Below are positions 21,113 to 31,951 of a DNA stretch of 37,160 nt, piece by piece (the stretch's first letter is position 1; the number at the start of each line of letters is the position of its first letter). Below the pieces are notes generated by a model. The model was given only the letters and a program-made list of their open reading frames with translations. It made no database searches and had not been told where the DNA came from. The position numbers and the translations under genes were made by a program. The stretch comes from Craspedostauros australis (taxonomy: Eukaryota), in assembly GCA_030167865.1 (NCBI GenBank), contig JALAGF010003637.1, positions 1 through 37,160 of the forward strand, in the 5' to 3' direction.

Positions 21113-22294
21113 TTACAGGCCAGCATCCTGACGCTTCTTCACCCAGCCCTGATGATCGACCACGATGGCGCCAGAGAGCTCCGTCGGCAGGACGTCCTTG
21201 GTCAAGCCGAACTTCTTCTCCAACGTCTTCACAACGTGCTTGTCCGATCCGGAATGCACGCGGATGCGCTTGCGCACCGTGTCACCCAAGAAGAGCTTCA
21301 TGACAGCGAAGACGATGGCAAAGAACTTGGGCGGATGGCACATGTGCGCGACGCTGATGCGCAACGGCAGGCATCCGCTGATGCTCTCCATGTTCATCTT
21401 GGCCTGCGCCCTGTCGAATTGACCGAACTTCACCGTCTTGCCGGTGACCACGAGCACGACCCCCTTGCGCTGTGCGACATCGTCGTCTTTCAGCACGGAA
21501 TGGACCATGTACCACAGCGACCGACACAGGGATTCACGCGTGTGCTGCGATCTATCCTGATGCGACGGATCCACCAGGATCAGTGGCCTGCCGGTGTTGG
21601 GCTCGCGCGTTCCCAATGGCTGCATGAATCCCAGGTTGATGGCGACGTGATCATCCTTGAACGCACCGTCCAAGGTGAGCGGCAGGAATGCCTTGTCAGG
21701 TCCGAAACGTTCAATTCGCCTTTCCCAATACTTACAGTATCGCTTGGCCGCAAGCTGCGAGCATCCAATGCAGCGGGGGAGTGCGGCGCAATAGTGCGAC
21801 AACACAATGGCATTCAGCAATTGACGAAAAGCAAAACGAAAGTGAAAATGCTGTGATGTGAGAAATGGGTGCCTCTGTTTCATTCATGGTGAGAAGCAAT
21901 GCATCCGAACGCACCATGGAATCGCAGCAATAGCAGCAGCAGCAGCAACAGCAGCAGCAACAGCCGCCACATTCTCAGCACATCATGTGATCCTCCATCA
22001 TCCGTAGGTTTCGCACCCACACGGATGCTCCGCGCATGCCCATGCTGCACTCACGTCGACATGGAAGACTTCCGCTCGAAGGAACATCAACTTGAAGTCG
22101 TCATCCAGCTGGTCGGGACATTTGTCCTGCGCTTGATGGACGCCGGCAGTCTCATCTTGCGGCATCTCCTTGACGAACTCATGGAACTCCTGCAGCTTCC
22201 TCTTGATGAGCTCCGGGCTCTCCTTCGGGTGCAGTTGACCGCAGCCGTCAGGTTCCGAAGACTCGAGGGGGACATCTGGAGGTGGAGTAGACAT
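21113..22294 (-). CDS. CRAL-TRIO/Sec14 lipid-binding protein, copy A, 293 aa; exons 22294-22055 and 21754-21113
   Basis: Motifs FKLMFLRAEVF / LAAKRYCKYW.RR...FG, GRPLILVD, GCLPLRISVAHMCHPP, RKRIRVH, LPTELSG. Phase-0 intron 22054-21755 (GTGAGT...CAG, 300 nt). Confidence 0.9.
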
Positions 22295-23068
22295 GCTGAT
22301 TGATGAGGATGCTTGGTGATGATTGATGATGTGCTGACCGTTTCCGTAGTTATGCGTTGCTGCTGTTGCATTTGGTCGGTCGTTCCTGAGATTGTGGAGT
22401 GTCGGATGTCTTGTTGTTCCTGTTGTTCCTGCTCACCCCACTGCTCCTATTTCTCACGAAGTTCATGGCTGCGGAGGATCCCCTTGTGTCATTGATTTGT
22501 TCTTTGTTGTGGCTGGGGCCGATTAGTGTCATGCCGTCCGCCTTGTGGTCGTGAAATGGCGATGTTTCAATGACCACCTTTGTCGATTTTCTTAGCGGTT
22601 CTTTGTGCCGTGCGTTCGGGTCTGTTCGGCAAGAATGTCTTCATCGATGTTCTCACGAAGTGTCCGTCATCACTTCATCGTGAATAGTACCTGTTCTTCA
22701 TCCACAAATGACAAAAACTGGTTTAGGGATATGCGGTAAATATAAATTAGGTAGAGAAACAAAACAACGAAACCATGCCATCCAACCAATGCAATCAACC
22801 ACCGACAACCGAGTCAGAGGGCATGATCGGACGATTCTCTCTCTCTCTCTTTCTCTGAAGGCATACGACCTACCAATACATGGCACACTGTGCACTCGAA
22901 GAAGAAGAAGAAATGAGCGACTGCTAATGGATTGAGCTGGCGCGATCTGAGTTATTGAATGTGATCTGTAGCAGAGAGAGAGAGAGAGATAGATGAGTCA
23001 AGTCGCCGAGTCGTCCAATCATCCAATCGGAGAGCAAGAGGCGACCGTTGCAGTTAATGGACATCAAC

Positions 23069-24112
23069 TTATCGGCCTGCCTCCGCTTGCTTCTTCAGCC
23101 ATCCCTGGTGATCGATCCTGACATTGCCAGCAAGCTCCGTCGGAAGGACGTCTTTGGCCAAGCCGAACTTCTTCTCCAACGTCTTCGCGACCTTTTTGTC
23201 TGATCCTGTGTGGAGGCGGATCCTCTTCCTCAACACTTCGCCCAGCATCATCTTCATGAAGGGGAAGATGAGAGCGAAGAAGGTTGGTGGGTGGCAAAGG
23301 TGGAACGCGGCGACTCGCACGGGCAAGCAACCACGGAGACTCTCCATGTTCAGCCTGCCCTGCGCTTGATCCATCTGGCTCAGCTGGACATTCTTGCCGT
23401 ATGCCAACATGATGATGCCCTTGCGCTGCGCAATCTTGTCGTCCTTGAGGATCGAGTGGAAGGTATACCAGAGCGATCGGCACTTGGATTCGCGTGTGTA
23501 CTTGGTGCGATCCTGACGAGATGGGTCCATCAGGACCAATGGCCGGCCAGACTTTGGATCGCGTGTGAGCAAGGGCCGCAATTGTCCCATGCCAAGGGCC
23601 ACATGGTCGTCCTTGAAAGCTCCGTCCAAGGTGAGCGGGAGGAATGCCTTCTCGGGCCCAAACAGTTCAATGCGCTTATCCCAATACTTGCAGTATCGTT
23701 TGGCTGCGAGCTGCATTACCATTATGGTATGGTATCAGCACATTCATGTAGTGTGTTGATCGTCGTGTGCATAGTAACGGAATAGAAGGAGGGCGCAGTC
23801 CAGTGTAGGATGTGAGAAAAAAGAGTGCAATACGCAACTTGCAGGCCACCGTTGTCATTTTTGAACGCTTACGTTGACGTGGAACACCTCGGCCCGAAGG
23901 AACATCAATTTGAAGTCGTCGTCGAGCTGTTCCGGGCACTTCTCCTGCGCTTGATGGACGCCAGCTGCTGTTTCGTGCGGCATGCTCTTCATGAACTCAT
24001 GGAACTCCTACAGCTTGCGTTTGATGAGCTCCGGGCTTTCCTCCGGATGGAGTTGAGCGTAGATGTCAGGTTCTGGGAATTCGAGCGGGACGTCTGTTGG
24101 TGGGGCAGACAT
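23069..24112 (-). pseudogene. CRAL-TRIO/Sec14 copy B with an in-frame TAG at codon 35 (24010-24008); exons 24112-23873 and 23710-23069; possibly still translated from Met44
   Basis: Same exon sizes as copy A (240 + 642 nt) and the same phase-0 intron position (23872-23711, GTAAGC...CAG). Reads AAG CTG TAG GAG where copy A has AAG CTG CAG GAG. Confidence 0.7.
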
Positions 24113-24987
24113 ATTTCTGTCAGTTGTAGAGAAAGTGAATGTGTGATGTCGAGTTGAAGTACTCGTATTGTGGTTGATTGTTGGAATGTTACTGCTCGTA
24201 GCTCTTACGGATTATGTATGCTTGCCTTTGTTGAGGATGGAATGGAAATTATGGGATGATCTCATTCCGAATCCCCCTGTGTACACACCCATGAGCACTT
24301 CGTTGCTACTGCAATAGGGCATCATTGCGTGTGTTGGTCCTTTGTGCTATTCGGGCTGGTGCGGTATCTCCTCCTGAGCTCGTACCCAAAAGGATGCGGA
24401 TCTCAAGGTAGAACATGATATGCTTTTCAATCTCATTTGATGAATGTAGAACCGCTTCGATGTTGATCGTTGCGCGATTGATTCATTCAGCTCAGTTGTG
24501 TAGAAAATGCGGACACCGATCTCTGTAAATAATCAGACCCCGCAGCGTCTCATTTCGTGTGCCTGGATACTTCCACGAGTTGCAGATGCGAAATCATCGC
24601 GATGAATGTATCCAAGATTTGTTCAGGCCGGAGACGCTGTTCCTGCAAGTTCGCACGAGTTGAATGGACCAGTCGGTAACTCCTGCGTTCTGTCAGGCAG
24701 TACTGGTACACCGACGTCGCCGACCAGCTCTCCGTTCAGACCAAGACGAAACAACGGCAAGCAGGTCGCATGTTCCATCGTGCTCTCAGTATCCAATGGC
24801 GAGTGCCGACGGAGTAACAGCAGAGCAGAGCAGTGGCGAGGGCATTGTAAGTTGATATTCTAACTATGTATGAGTATAAGAGTATTATTGTTGCCCCACC
24901 CCAGACCAAAAACGGTCCCGTCCCATGTGCATACGAGTAGTCGTATGCAACCCCTCCTCGCGCATCCCTACATACTTGAGATATTGC

Positions 24988-27900
24988 TCAGTCCATCGAA
25001 ATGAAATCCAAGGAGTCCCCGAACGAAGCACCGTAGTCGATGGTATCTTCGTCGTCAAAGCTCCTGCCTCCGTCTGCCGCTGCCGCCGCATCCCGCGCAC
25101 TGTGAGTGTGTTGCGTGCAGGCTTCAGCCACGCCTTCGGGATGAGACCGGAGCATGAGGTATACCGAATTCAACGTGGAGACCTCCTGCCCTTGGCGGAT
25201 GGCCTTGAGGATCAAATGATATCGCCTGACGGACAGCTCATCCAACGGCGTCTTGAGCACCCTGCACTGCAGCTCCGCCAGCCGGAAGAAGGACATCCAG
25301 GACGACTTGCACGCCACCATCTCGAACGGGAGCATGTTGGTGCATGGGTCTGGCACCGACAGCGAGTTTGGATCGTACTGCAACAGAATGCAAATATCGT
25401 TCAAGGTCTTGCCGCTTGCGACGGCGAGATGCAGTGGCATCCGCCCTTGTGCGATACGCGATGTGTCTTCGACGGCCTCGGGGTACGATCCTGCGATCGT
25501 CTCGATGGAGGTCTTGTTGTGAACCATGGCCTTTTCGAATGGCAGCGGTGCGTACGGTTCCGTCATGCAAGCCACGTGAAGCGGGTACATGTCTGTCTTG
25601 GGGAATGGCGTCGCCGGTGACATTGGATTGGTCTTGACGAGCAAGTCGATGATCATGGGATGCGTGCCGCCATCGAGAACGGCGGCATGCAGAAGGTAGA
25701 CGTCTTTCTTGGTGAGGCGCGGAAGCATGACCTGCGCCTGTCCCACGGTGCGTCTGTATCGCCGCCAGATCTGCGCCTTGACCTCGTCCCACCAGCCCTT
25801 CAGTGCCTGTGGGATTCGTCCCTTCTTGATGGCGCTCTGCACCATGCGCATGTTTGTTTTGTTGACAACCCACGAGTACTCTTGGTATGTGCCAGCGCCC
25901 ACAGACCGGCTGCTTCCGCTGGCAGAGACCGCATCTCCACTGCTCGTCGGCGTGGTGGTTGGTTCACATTTGTAGCACCATTGCAGCGCCAGGACCGCGA
26001 CTGGCCCGACGCGCTGTTTCAAGCAACGTGCTTCCTTCTGGCTCCCGTACTTGGACGCGTTGACCACAGATGTCTCCGATCGCAAGATTTGGTAGACATT
26101 TGTGAGCTGGGTCAAGGTGGTGCTGTCCTGGTCGTTCGCAGATGGCGAACCCAGACGCGGCAAGGACGCCAGCTGGAAGGGGTAGAAGCCAGTCTCCACA
26201 TCTCTCGCCCCCAGTATTCTGGAGCTCATCTCCTGGAGGGTGTGCACGAGCTGCGGCTTGTACTTGCCGGCGGCGATGACCTGGATGAGCGACGATTTGG
26301 ATGCATGCAGTTTCTTCAGGGACATTTGTCGCCGGAGCTTGTCCTGCGTGCGGCCGGAGAGGAGCTGCAGGATCATCTGGGTGTCCTCGTCCATGCCGTT
26401 GGACGTGGATTGCCACGGTGAGTTGTGCTGGACCATCTGAAGGGGCAACAAGCCCGAGTTGGGCTCCACCTGCTTGATGGCCTGCGGGAAGAGCTGGACG
26501 AGGAACTGGATGAGCCTGGTGGGGATGCCGGGGATGGCCAGCGACCTGTGCAGGATGTAGGCCGCGCTCAGCTCCAGGACGGTTTCGATCATCTTGGGCT
26601 TGTCCTTGGCGGCGCAGTACCCCACGATGAACCAGAGCTTGTACCACCAGTCCTGGCACGCCTTGGACGGGATCTTGGTCTTGTCGTGCTCGAACTCCAG
26701 CAGCTGATCGCAGAAGGGCAGCGTCAGGGACTTGGTGCTACTGCTGTTGGTGCTGCTCGTGCGGCTCATGGCATCGTCGTGCCAGCACTCTTCGCGCGTT
26801 GCCGCGCCCTTCTCGAAGTGGACTTCGATGGCGCGGCGCATCTGGTACTTGATCGACGACAGCTCGATGGCGTTCTGCGTTTGCTTCTTGGGCAAGCTGG
26901 AGAGGCTCCACTTCTCGCGCTGCTCGACAACGCCGGGATGGTTCACGACGCGGAGGATGGAGACAACGTTCGATACCGGGTAGTCGCCAGCCAGCAGCGG
27001 TGCCAAGGCGTCCTCCAGATTGCGCGGTTTGTGGACGAGGAATGCGTGGCTGATGTGAATCAGCTTCTCCACCGTGTACGGTGGTGCGTGCGCCTCCATG
27101 GCACGCTTGAGCAATGTCGCTTCGCAGGGCAGCGAGAGGTACTTGCGTCGCGTCGTGAAGGTGTCGCAGAGGAAGTCCACCAGATCCCATGCGTCATCCA
27201 CGTTGATGATCATGGCCGCACGTCCCTTGTGATGACTGGTACTGGCGCTGGTATCGGACTCCCTCTTTCGACTGCCGCTGCCGCTGCTGGAGCTTGTTTG
27301 GCTGTGTCTGCTCCCCACGCTGCTCTGGCGCGCATACTGCGATTGCCTCTTGGATGGCCGTTTCCTCGCAGCCACAGAATTTGGGTCTGCTGGAGATTTG
27401 GCCCTCTGATTGAAACTCGCATCCAAGGCACGGTGCACGGCATGATATATGGGCGTCCTGCCGCGTCCATCGGGTGTCCACAATGCCGTGGGGAACGCAT
27501 AGATCAACCGATCCAACGAATTCTTGGGAATGGCATTGGCCATGGCGGCATGCAGAGGGTAGGTTTTGGTGGCATCCTGCGATGTGCAGGGTATCGATGC
27601 CGCGGAGCGTTCCACGAAGAGGAGCTTCTGCAAGAGCTTGGGTGGGATGGTGCGCTGCTCGCATGCTAGATGCAACGGCGTGCGTCCACCATGCTGCTCG
27701 TCCTGCTCCAAGAGCGGCGATGTGATGGGCCCGCTGTTCTCGTCATCGATAGCGTTGAGATCCTGCAAGAGATCGTCGCAGTCGACGAGATCGTCGCCTT
27801 GTGAGGATCGGCGTCCGCTTTGGTCGTCGGACGAGGTGGATGCGGCGGCTTTGGTCATGTTGACACTCTTCCTGGTGGGGAAGAGCTTCATAATCTTTAG

Positions 27901-29271
27901 CTTGCGCGTCGACTTTTGAGGCTTTGGCGACAGCGATCGACTGGCGCTGCTGTTGTTGATGCTACCGCTGCTGGTGCGGGTCGTGCTGCGGCGCACCGGG
28001 CTCCTGCTGCTCGTGCGTCCTGGCTTGGTCCCGGGCGATGGCGATGAGTCGGTGTAGAGCTTGCGATCGTACGATTTGAGCAAGAATTCCAGATGCTCCC
28101 AATCGTGGTTGGCGATGGCCGAGCACCATTCCTCCACGGGTCGGTGATGGTACGACTTGCCTGTCATGGCGGACGTGACGGACTTATCGAAGGACATGAT
28201 GGACCTCGTCGACGTCTCGCGGTGCAGCATGTTGGTGGGAGGTGCTGGCCGCCCAGTCGCGGATGGATGCAATGCGTTGCCGGAGTTGCGATTGCCGCCG
28301 GTCTTGTGCAGGTTGGGCACGGAGAATCCTCTCATGAGCATGGAACGTCGCTGCGTCATTCCCTTTTGCTGATGAAGTGCTCTCGATGTCGATGCCTTTG
28401 TCGGTCTCGGGCTGATCCCCGAGTAAGAGTTGCGATGCTTGGGCGCGATCGTGCTTCCAGCGTGGTTGTCGTTGATGTTGCAATCTCCTGGTCCTGACAA
28501 CTGCGCGATGGCCAATCCACCTGTGGCGTTGGTTGTGGCAGCGAATCGCTTCCTTTGGCTGGGTCCGACGGGAGAGATGCTGTGCGATTTGACGCGGCCG
28601 CTCACGAGCGGGCCTTGCATCTTCGTGCCTTGCAACGGTGCCGACGTGCGCTTGGCACGCAGACCCGCTTTGGTGGATTGGCGCAGCTTGCGTTGCTGCT
28701 GCTCCTGTTCTGGCGACACCACCGGCGATGACAACGGCGACACATCATCCTCCGATGTCTGCGGTGACATGGGGACGACCTCGTCGAAGGCGACGATTGG
28801 CTTGGGACCGTTGATCGGGGTCCATGTCTCGTCCGTCGTTGGCAGCGTCTGCTGTGGGCTCGGCACCTTCGGTCTCGACTTGGCATTGGTGCCAGCCGCG
28901 TTGCCGATGGCGCTTGTGTTCAAGCAACGCTCCGACGTCGGACGCTGCACTGAGGCGGGATGCTTGTTCGTGCCTGTCATCAGCGAAGACGTCGATGCCG
29001 GCTTCTGCAGGATGTTGCGCTCGGATTGAGATCGCTTGGAGAACCAGCTCCTTCGCGTGGCTGGTTGCTTGCCGCTCGTTGATTGCCTGGCACCCGTATC
29101 TGAAGTCCTGGGCTTGATGGACTTTGCGTTGGTTGGACGAGTCAGAGACTTCGAACGCCTCGGCAGAGATGAGAGCGCGTCGTTCGACTTTTGCCGCACT
29201 CTCGCAGCTGACGAACTGGGCGGGTTCCTCACGCTGCTGTTCGCGCCGATCGATGGCGCTTGTCTTATCAT
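24988..29271 (-). CDS. 1427-aa protein with a disordered S/T/R/P-rich N-terminus and dispersed ankyrin-like repeats
   Basis: Repeated motifs GGRTPLHLACE, YPLHAAM, DGRGRTPIYHA, SGLLPLQM, RDVETGFYPFQLAS, YPLHVAC, GRMPLHLAVASGK, DPCTNMLPFEMVA. Uninterrupted ORF. Confidence 0.8.
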   Translation of the reverse strand: MIRQAPSIGANSSVRNPPSSSAARVRQKSNDALSSLPRRSKSLTRPTNAKSIKPRTSDTGARQSTSGKQPATRRSWFSKRSQSERNILQKPASTSSLMTGTNKHPASVQRPTSERCLNTSAIGNAAGTNAKSRPKVPSPQQTLPTTDETWTPINGPKPIVAFDEVVPMSPQTSEDDVSPLSSPVVSPEQEQQQRKLRQSTKAGLRAKRTSAPLQGTKMQGPLVSGRVKSHSISPVGPSQRKRFAATTNATGGLAIAQLSGPGDCNINDNHAGSTIAPKHRNSYSGISPRPTKASTSRALHQQKGMTQRRSMLMRGFSVPNLHKTGGNRNSGNALHPSATGRPAPPTNMLHRETSTRSIMSFDKSVTSAMTGKSYHHRPVEEWCSAIANHDWEHLEFLLKSYDRKLYTDSSPSPGTKPGRTSSRSPVRRSTTRTSSGSINNSSASRSLSPKPQKSTRKLKIMKLFPTRKSVNMTKAAASTSSDDQSGRRSSQGDDLVDCDDLLQDLNAIDDENSGPITSPLLEQDEQHGGRTPLHLACEQRTIPPKLLQKLLFVERSAASIPCTSQDATKTYPLHAAMANAIPKNSLDRLIYAFPTALWTPDGRGRTPIYHAVHRALDASFNQRAKSPADPNSVAARKRPSKRQSQYARQSSVGSRHSQTSSSSGSGSRKRESDTSASTSHHKGRAAMIINVDDAWDLVDFLCDTFTTRRKYLSLPCEATLLKRAMEAHAPPYTVEKLIHISHAFLVHKPRNLEDALAPLLAGDYPVSNVVSILRVVNHPGVVEQREKWSLSSLPKKQTQNAIELSSIKYQMRRAIEVHFEKGAATREECWHDDAMSRTSSTNSSSTKSLTLPFCDQLLEFEHDKTKIPSKACQDWWYKLWFIVGYCAAKDKPKMIETVLELSAAYILHRSLAIPGIPTRLIQFLVQLFPQAIKQVEPNSGLLPLQMVQHNSPWQSTSNGMDEDTQMILQLLSGRTQDKLRRQMSLKKLHASKSSLIQVIAAGKYKPQLVHTLQEMSSRILGARDVETGFYPFQLASLPRLGSPSANDQDSTTLTQLTNVYQILRSETSVVNASKYGSQKEARCLKQRVGPVAVLALQWCYKCEPTTTPTSSGDAVSASGSSRSVGAGTYQEYSWVVNKTNMRMVQSAIKKGRIPQALKGWWDEVKAQIWRRYRRTVGQAQVMLPRLTKKDVYLLHAAVLDGGTHPMIIDLLVKTNPMSPATPFPKTDMYPLHVACMTEPYAPLPFEKAMVHNKTSIETIAGSYPEAVEDTSRIAQGRMPLHLAVASGKTLNDICILLQYDPNSLSVPDPCTNMLPFEMVACKSSWMSFFRLAELQCRVLKTPLDELSVRRYHLILKAIRQGQEVSTLNSVYLMLRSHPEGVAEACTQHTHSARDAAAAADGGRSFDDEDTIDYGASFGDSLDFISMD

Positions 29272-30401
29272 GGTGATTGACTGTGCAGCCGATGGCCGAT
29301 TGTTGATTGTTGATGGGTTCGTCGTCGACCGCGAGTGCGAGTGTAACCGCCGTTCCTTCGCTTGTCGCTGTTGCTCAGGCGTTCAATGAGGAATGCGCGG
29401 ATCACACAATGTACATCTGCAAGTGTGGTTGGAAGATGTGGGCAGCGTCGATTGCGATGGCTGCGTTGGTCTGGGGTTGCTTTTGATTTTGTGTCTGCTG
29501 CACACCAATACGATCTGGACGGCCTGAGTTTGAGTTGAGCAACTTGGCTGATGTGGGTTTGAGTTGGTCTGTTTGGCTCTGCTTCTGTGATGTGGATGCA
29601 CGCGCGGTTCTGTTTGTGCTCTCTTTCTGCACGTTGTTGCGATGGTTGTCAGGAACGAATGACCAAACAACGTGCATTCCTTGTCGCAAATGCCTGTTTT
29701 GTGTGCAGAGCTGAGCAACGGCGGCTCCAACAAACACGCCACACAACACGGCCATGAATGGCAACCGCATTGTGTGAGAACGCGGCAGAGTTTGGATTGT
29801 TTCTAGGCACAAACGAACGATCTGGAATGTCAGCCGTTATGTGACCAACTCTCATCTTCTTCCTGCTTCGGACTTTTGCTGCTCCGGAGGAAGTTTGTTA
29901 CATCCTTTCATGGGCCTGCGCGTTCTTCGTGACACATCCTCAACGTTAAATGACCTTCGCGAGGGTCGTTTGTTGTGTCCATTTTATCGGTTTCGTTCGT
30001 GCGATATTGTCCATTGGGAGTTCGCGACTCAGTGTTTGAACGCAATTCGTGATTCGTTCCACGTGCGCAACGACAGAGAGCGTTGAAGGGTGTAGCCGCT
30101 TCCGCCACAGTGCTCACTGGTTGTCCAACAGGCATTGTGTCCATGCAAGAAGAAACTAACAAACACGAGGGAGGTTCTGGATTGTGACCTTTCTATCCTG
30201 ACAATCGATCAATCAACCAACCTGTCACCCAATCGGCAACGAACACACATCAATGCATACCTCTAGCTCGTGGCTATGACACGTATTGTGAGACCTGCGA
30301 TGTGATGCAAAAGAACGCATTTCGTGGTGTGTCGTGCTGTACTACGATCTGTGCTGGGCAAGCCATCGCCACATCTCTCGCGTGCGATAGAAAAGATAGA
30401 C

Positions 30402-30405
<4 letters not shown>

Positions 30406-30436
<31 letters not shown>

Positions 30437-30460
30437 GATGATGACGATGATGATGACGAT
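30406..30460. repeat. Compound microsatellite, (GA)n followed by (GAT/GAC)n
   Basis: Read directly from the sequence. Confidence 0.9.
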
Positions 30461-31951
30461 CGTCTTCTACCAATACACCATTACATGCATACCCACTCGT
30501 CGCCTTCGGATGAAAGACGTGCTCTACTCCCCTGCCGACTATTATATTTGTACTGGTGCTAACGAAACCTTCCTCTTCTTCTCCTTTCCAGGGTTGCAAT
30601 CTGACACATTCTATCATGGAGAATATTCTATTGTACGCAATACCCGTTTGAATTATCGGTGAAGTAACGATGCTTTTTGGAGTACGATAAAATAGATTGG
30701 AATGTTGAGCTATTCTCCAGCATGCCCATGCCGTCAGGGTGTGTCCGCAGCATGCCAAAACGGCTTCAACCCACACACTCATGCCGCAATTCATTGAAGT
30801 CAAAAGAGTAGAGCAGAGCACCGTCGTTTCTCTCTGTCTGTCTCTCTCGCTCGCTCTCGTAGATGCTTTTCGCGCGGGAGATCGTGGCATGTATCACATA
30901 GTCGTACGAGCTATGTACAGCGTCGACGGTGTCAGATTTGTTCTCGTAACTTGCTTCCCTGGATGTGCCCTCTATTGCTTCTTTTCTATCGTTTGGGGAG
31001 CATGGCCTGCAGAACACCATGCGTACGATGAGTAGTAGAGTATATAGTACTGCAGAGTCTTGCGCACTCGTATTGTGTGTACTAGTGCACTCGAATCACT
31101 TGGAGCAGAGCTGCAGTTGGTGCTCCCACTTGGCATTTCGTTCTGTCGACTGAAACGGCGGCCCAACGAGTTGAAAGAATGTTCCGGTCTCATTCGCAGC
31201 TCGGTCACGTCTCCCGAAGTGCAACATTTCCACAAAATTAGTGCGGAGAACTCACAAGGGATGAGATGAAACGGCGTAAGAAGCAGTAATTCTACTCTTC
31301 GTCACCCAGATGAAGATCTGCCACGGAATGCCTGAATACGATCTGATGCATTGCATTCGTCTTGCTCATGGTATTCCACCCATGACACTGCAGTCACATT
31401 CAAGCGACACAGTGGACAGGCTGTCGAGGTGAGGAGAAACACGCATGTGTGATTTGTATGTCGTGTCTGCGGGAGATCATGTAGCGGTTCGCGCCGGTCG
31501 GAGAGATTTCCCGCAATCTTGAGCAGCAACCTGGAGCGTTTCTGGAATCCTCCTCTTCACATTTTGTTCCGTCGCGATGCCGACTTGGCCAGAGTAATAC
31601 AAGTACAAGTACAAGTACAAGCACGAGCCCAACTACTCCCACGCTCCACACCAGCTCCACGCTTGTTCACATCTGTTATACGATGCATCATTGCGCAAGG
31701 CCCATGGGTTCCTCGCACTCCGTCACAGGAGCAACGTCAGCATTCTCGTACTAATACCAATGGAACGAATACCACACTCGTTTTGGAAAGATAGCTCTGG
31801 GTAAACACTAACGCGCTCATTTTGTTAGCCGTAATTATTTGTATTGTAGAGTATGGTTTTGTCATTCGTTGTTGCTATTCTCGCATGTCGTGACGTGACA
31901 TGCCATGCCATGACGTTGTTGCGTTTGCCCCAAAAAGTACACTGTTGCTGC

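Noticed and set aside
24008-24010. TAG reassigned to Gln (alternative genetic code)
   Set aside because: RPB12 terminates at TAG at its conserved end, and no other long gene here has an internal TAG.
31595-31621. (AAGTAC)n and other short tandem repeats as CRISPR-like arrays
   Set aside because: Simple repeats without spacers in a eukaryotic context; no cas genes.
29400-31850. Short ORFs or ncRNA in the long spacer between the ankyrin gene and NR
   Set aside because: Microsatellite-rich with no codon bias or domain motif; no tRNA, snRNA or ribozyme pattern I could support.
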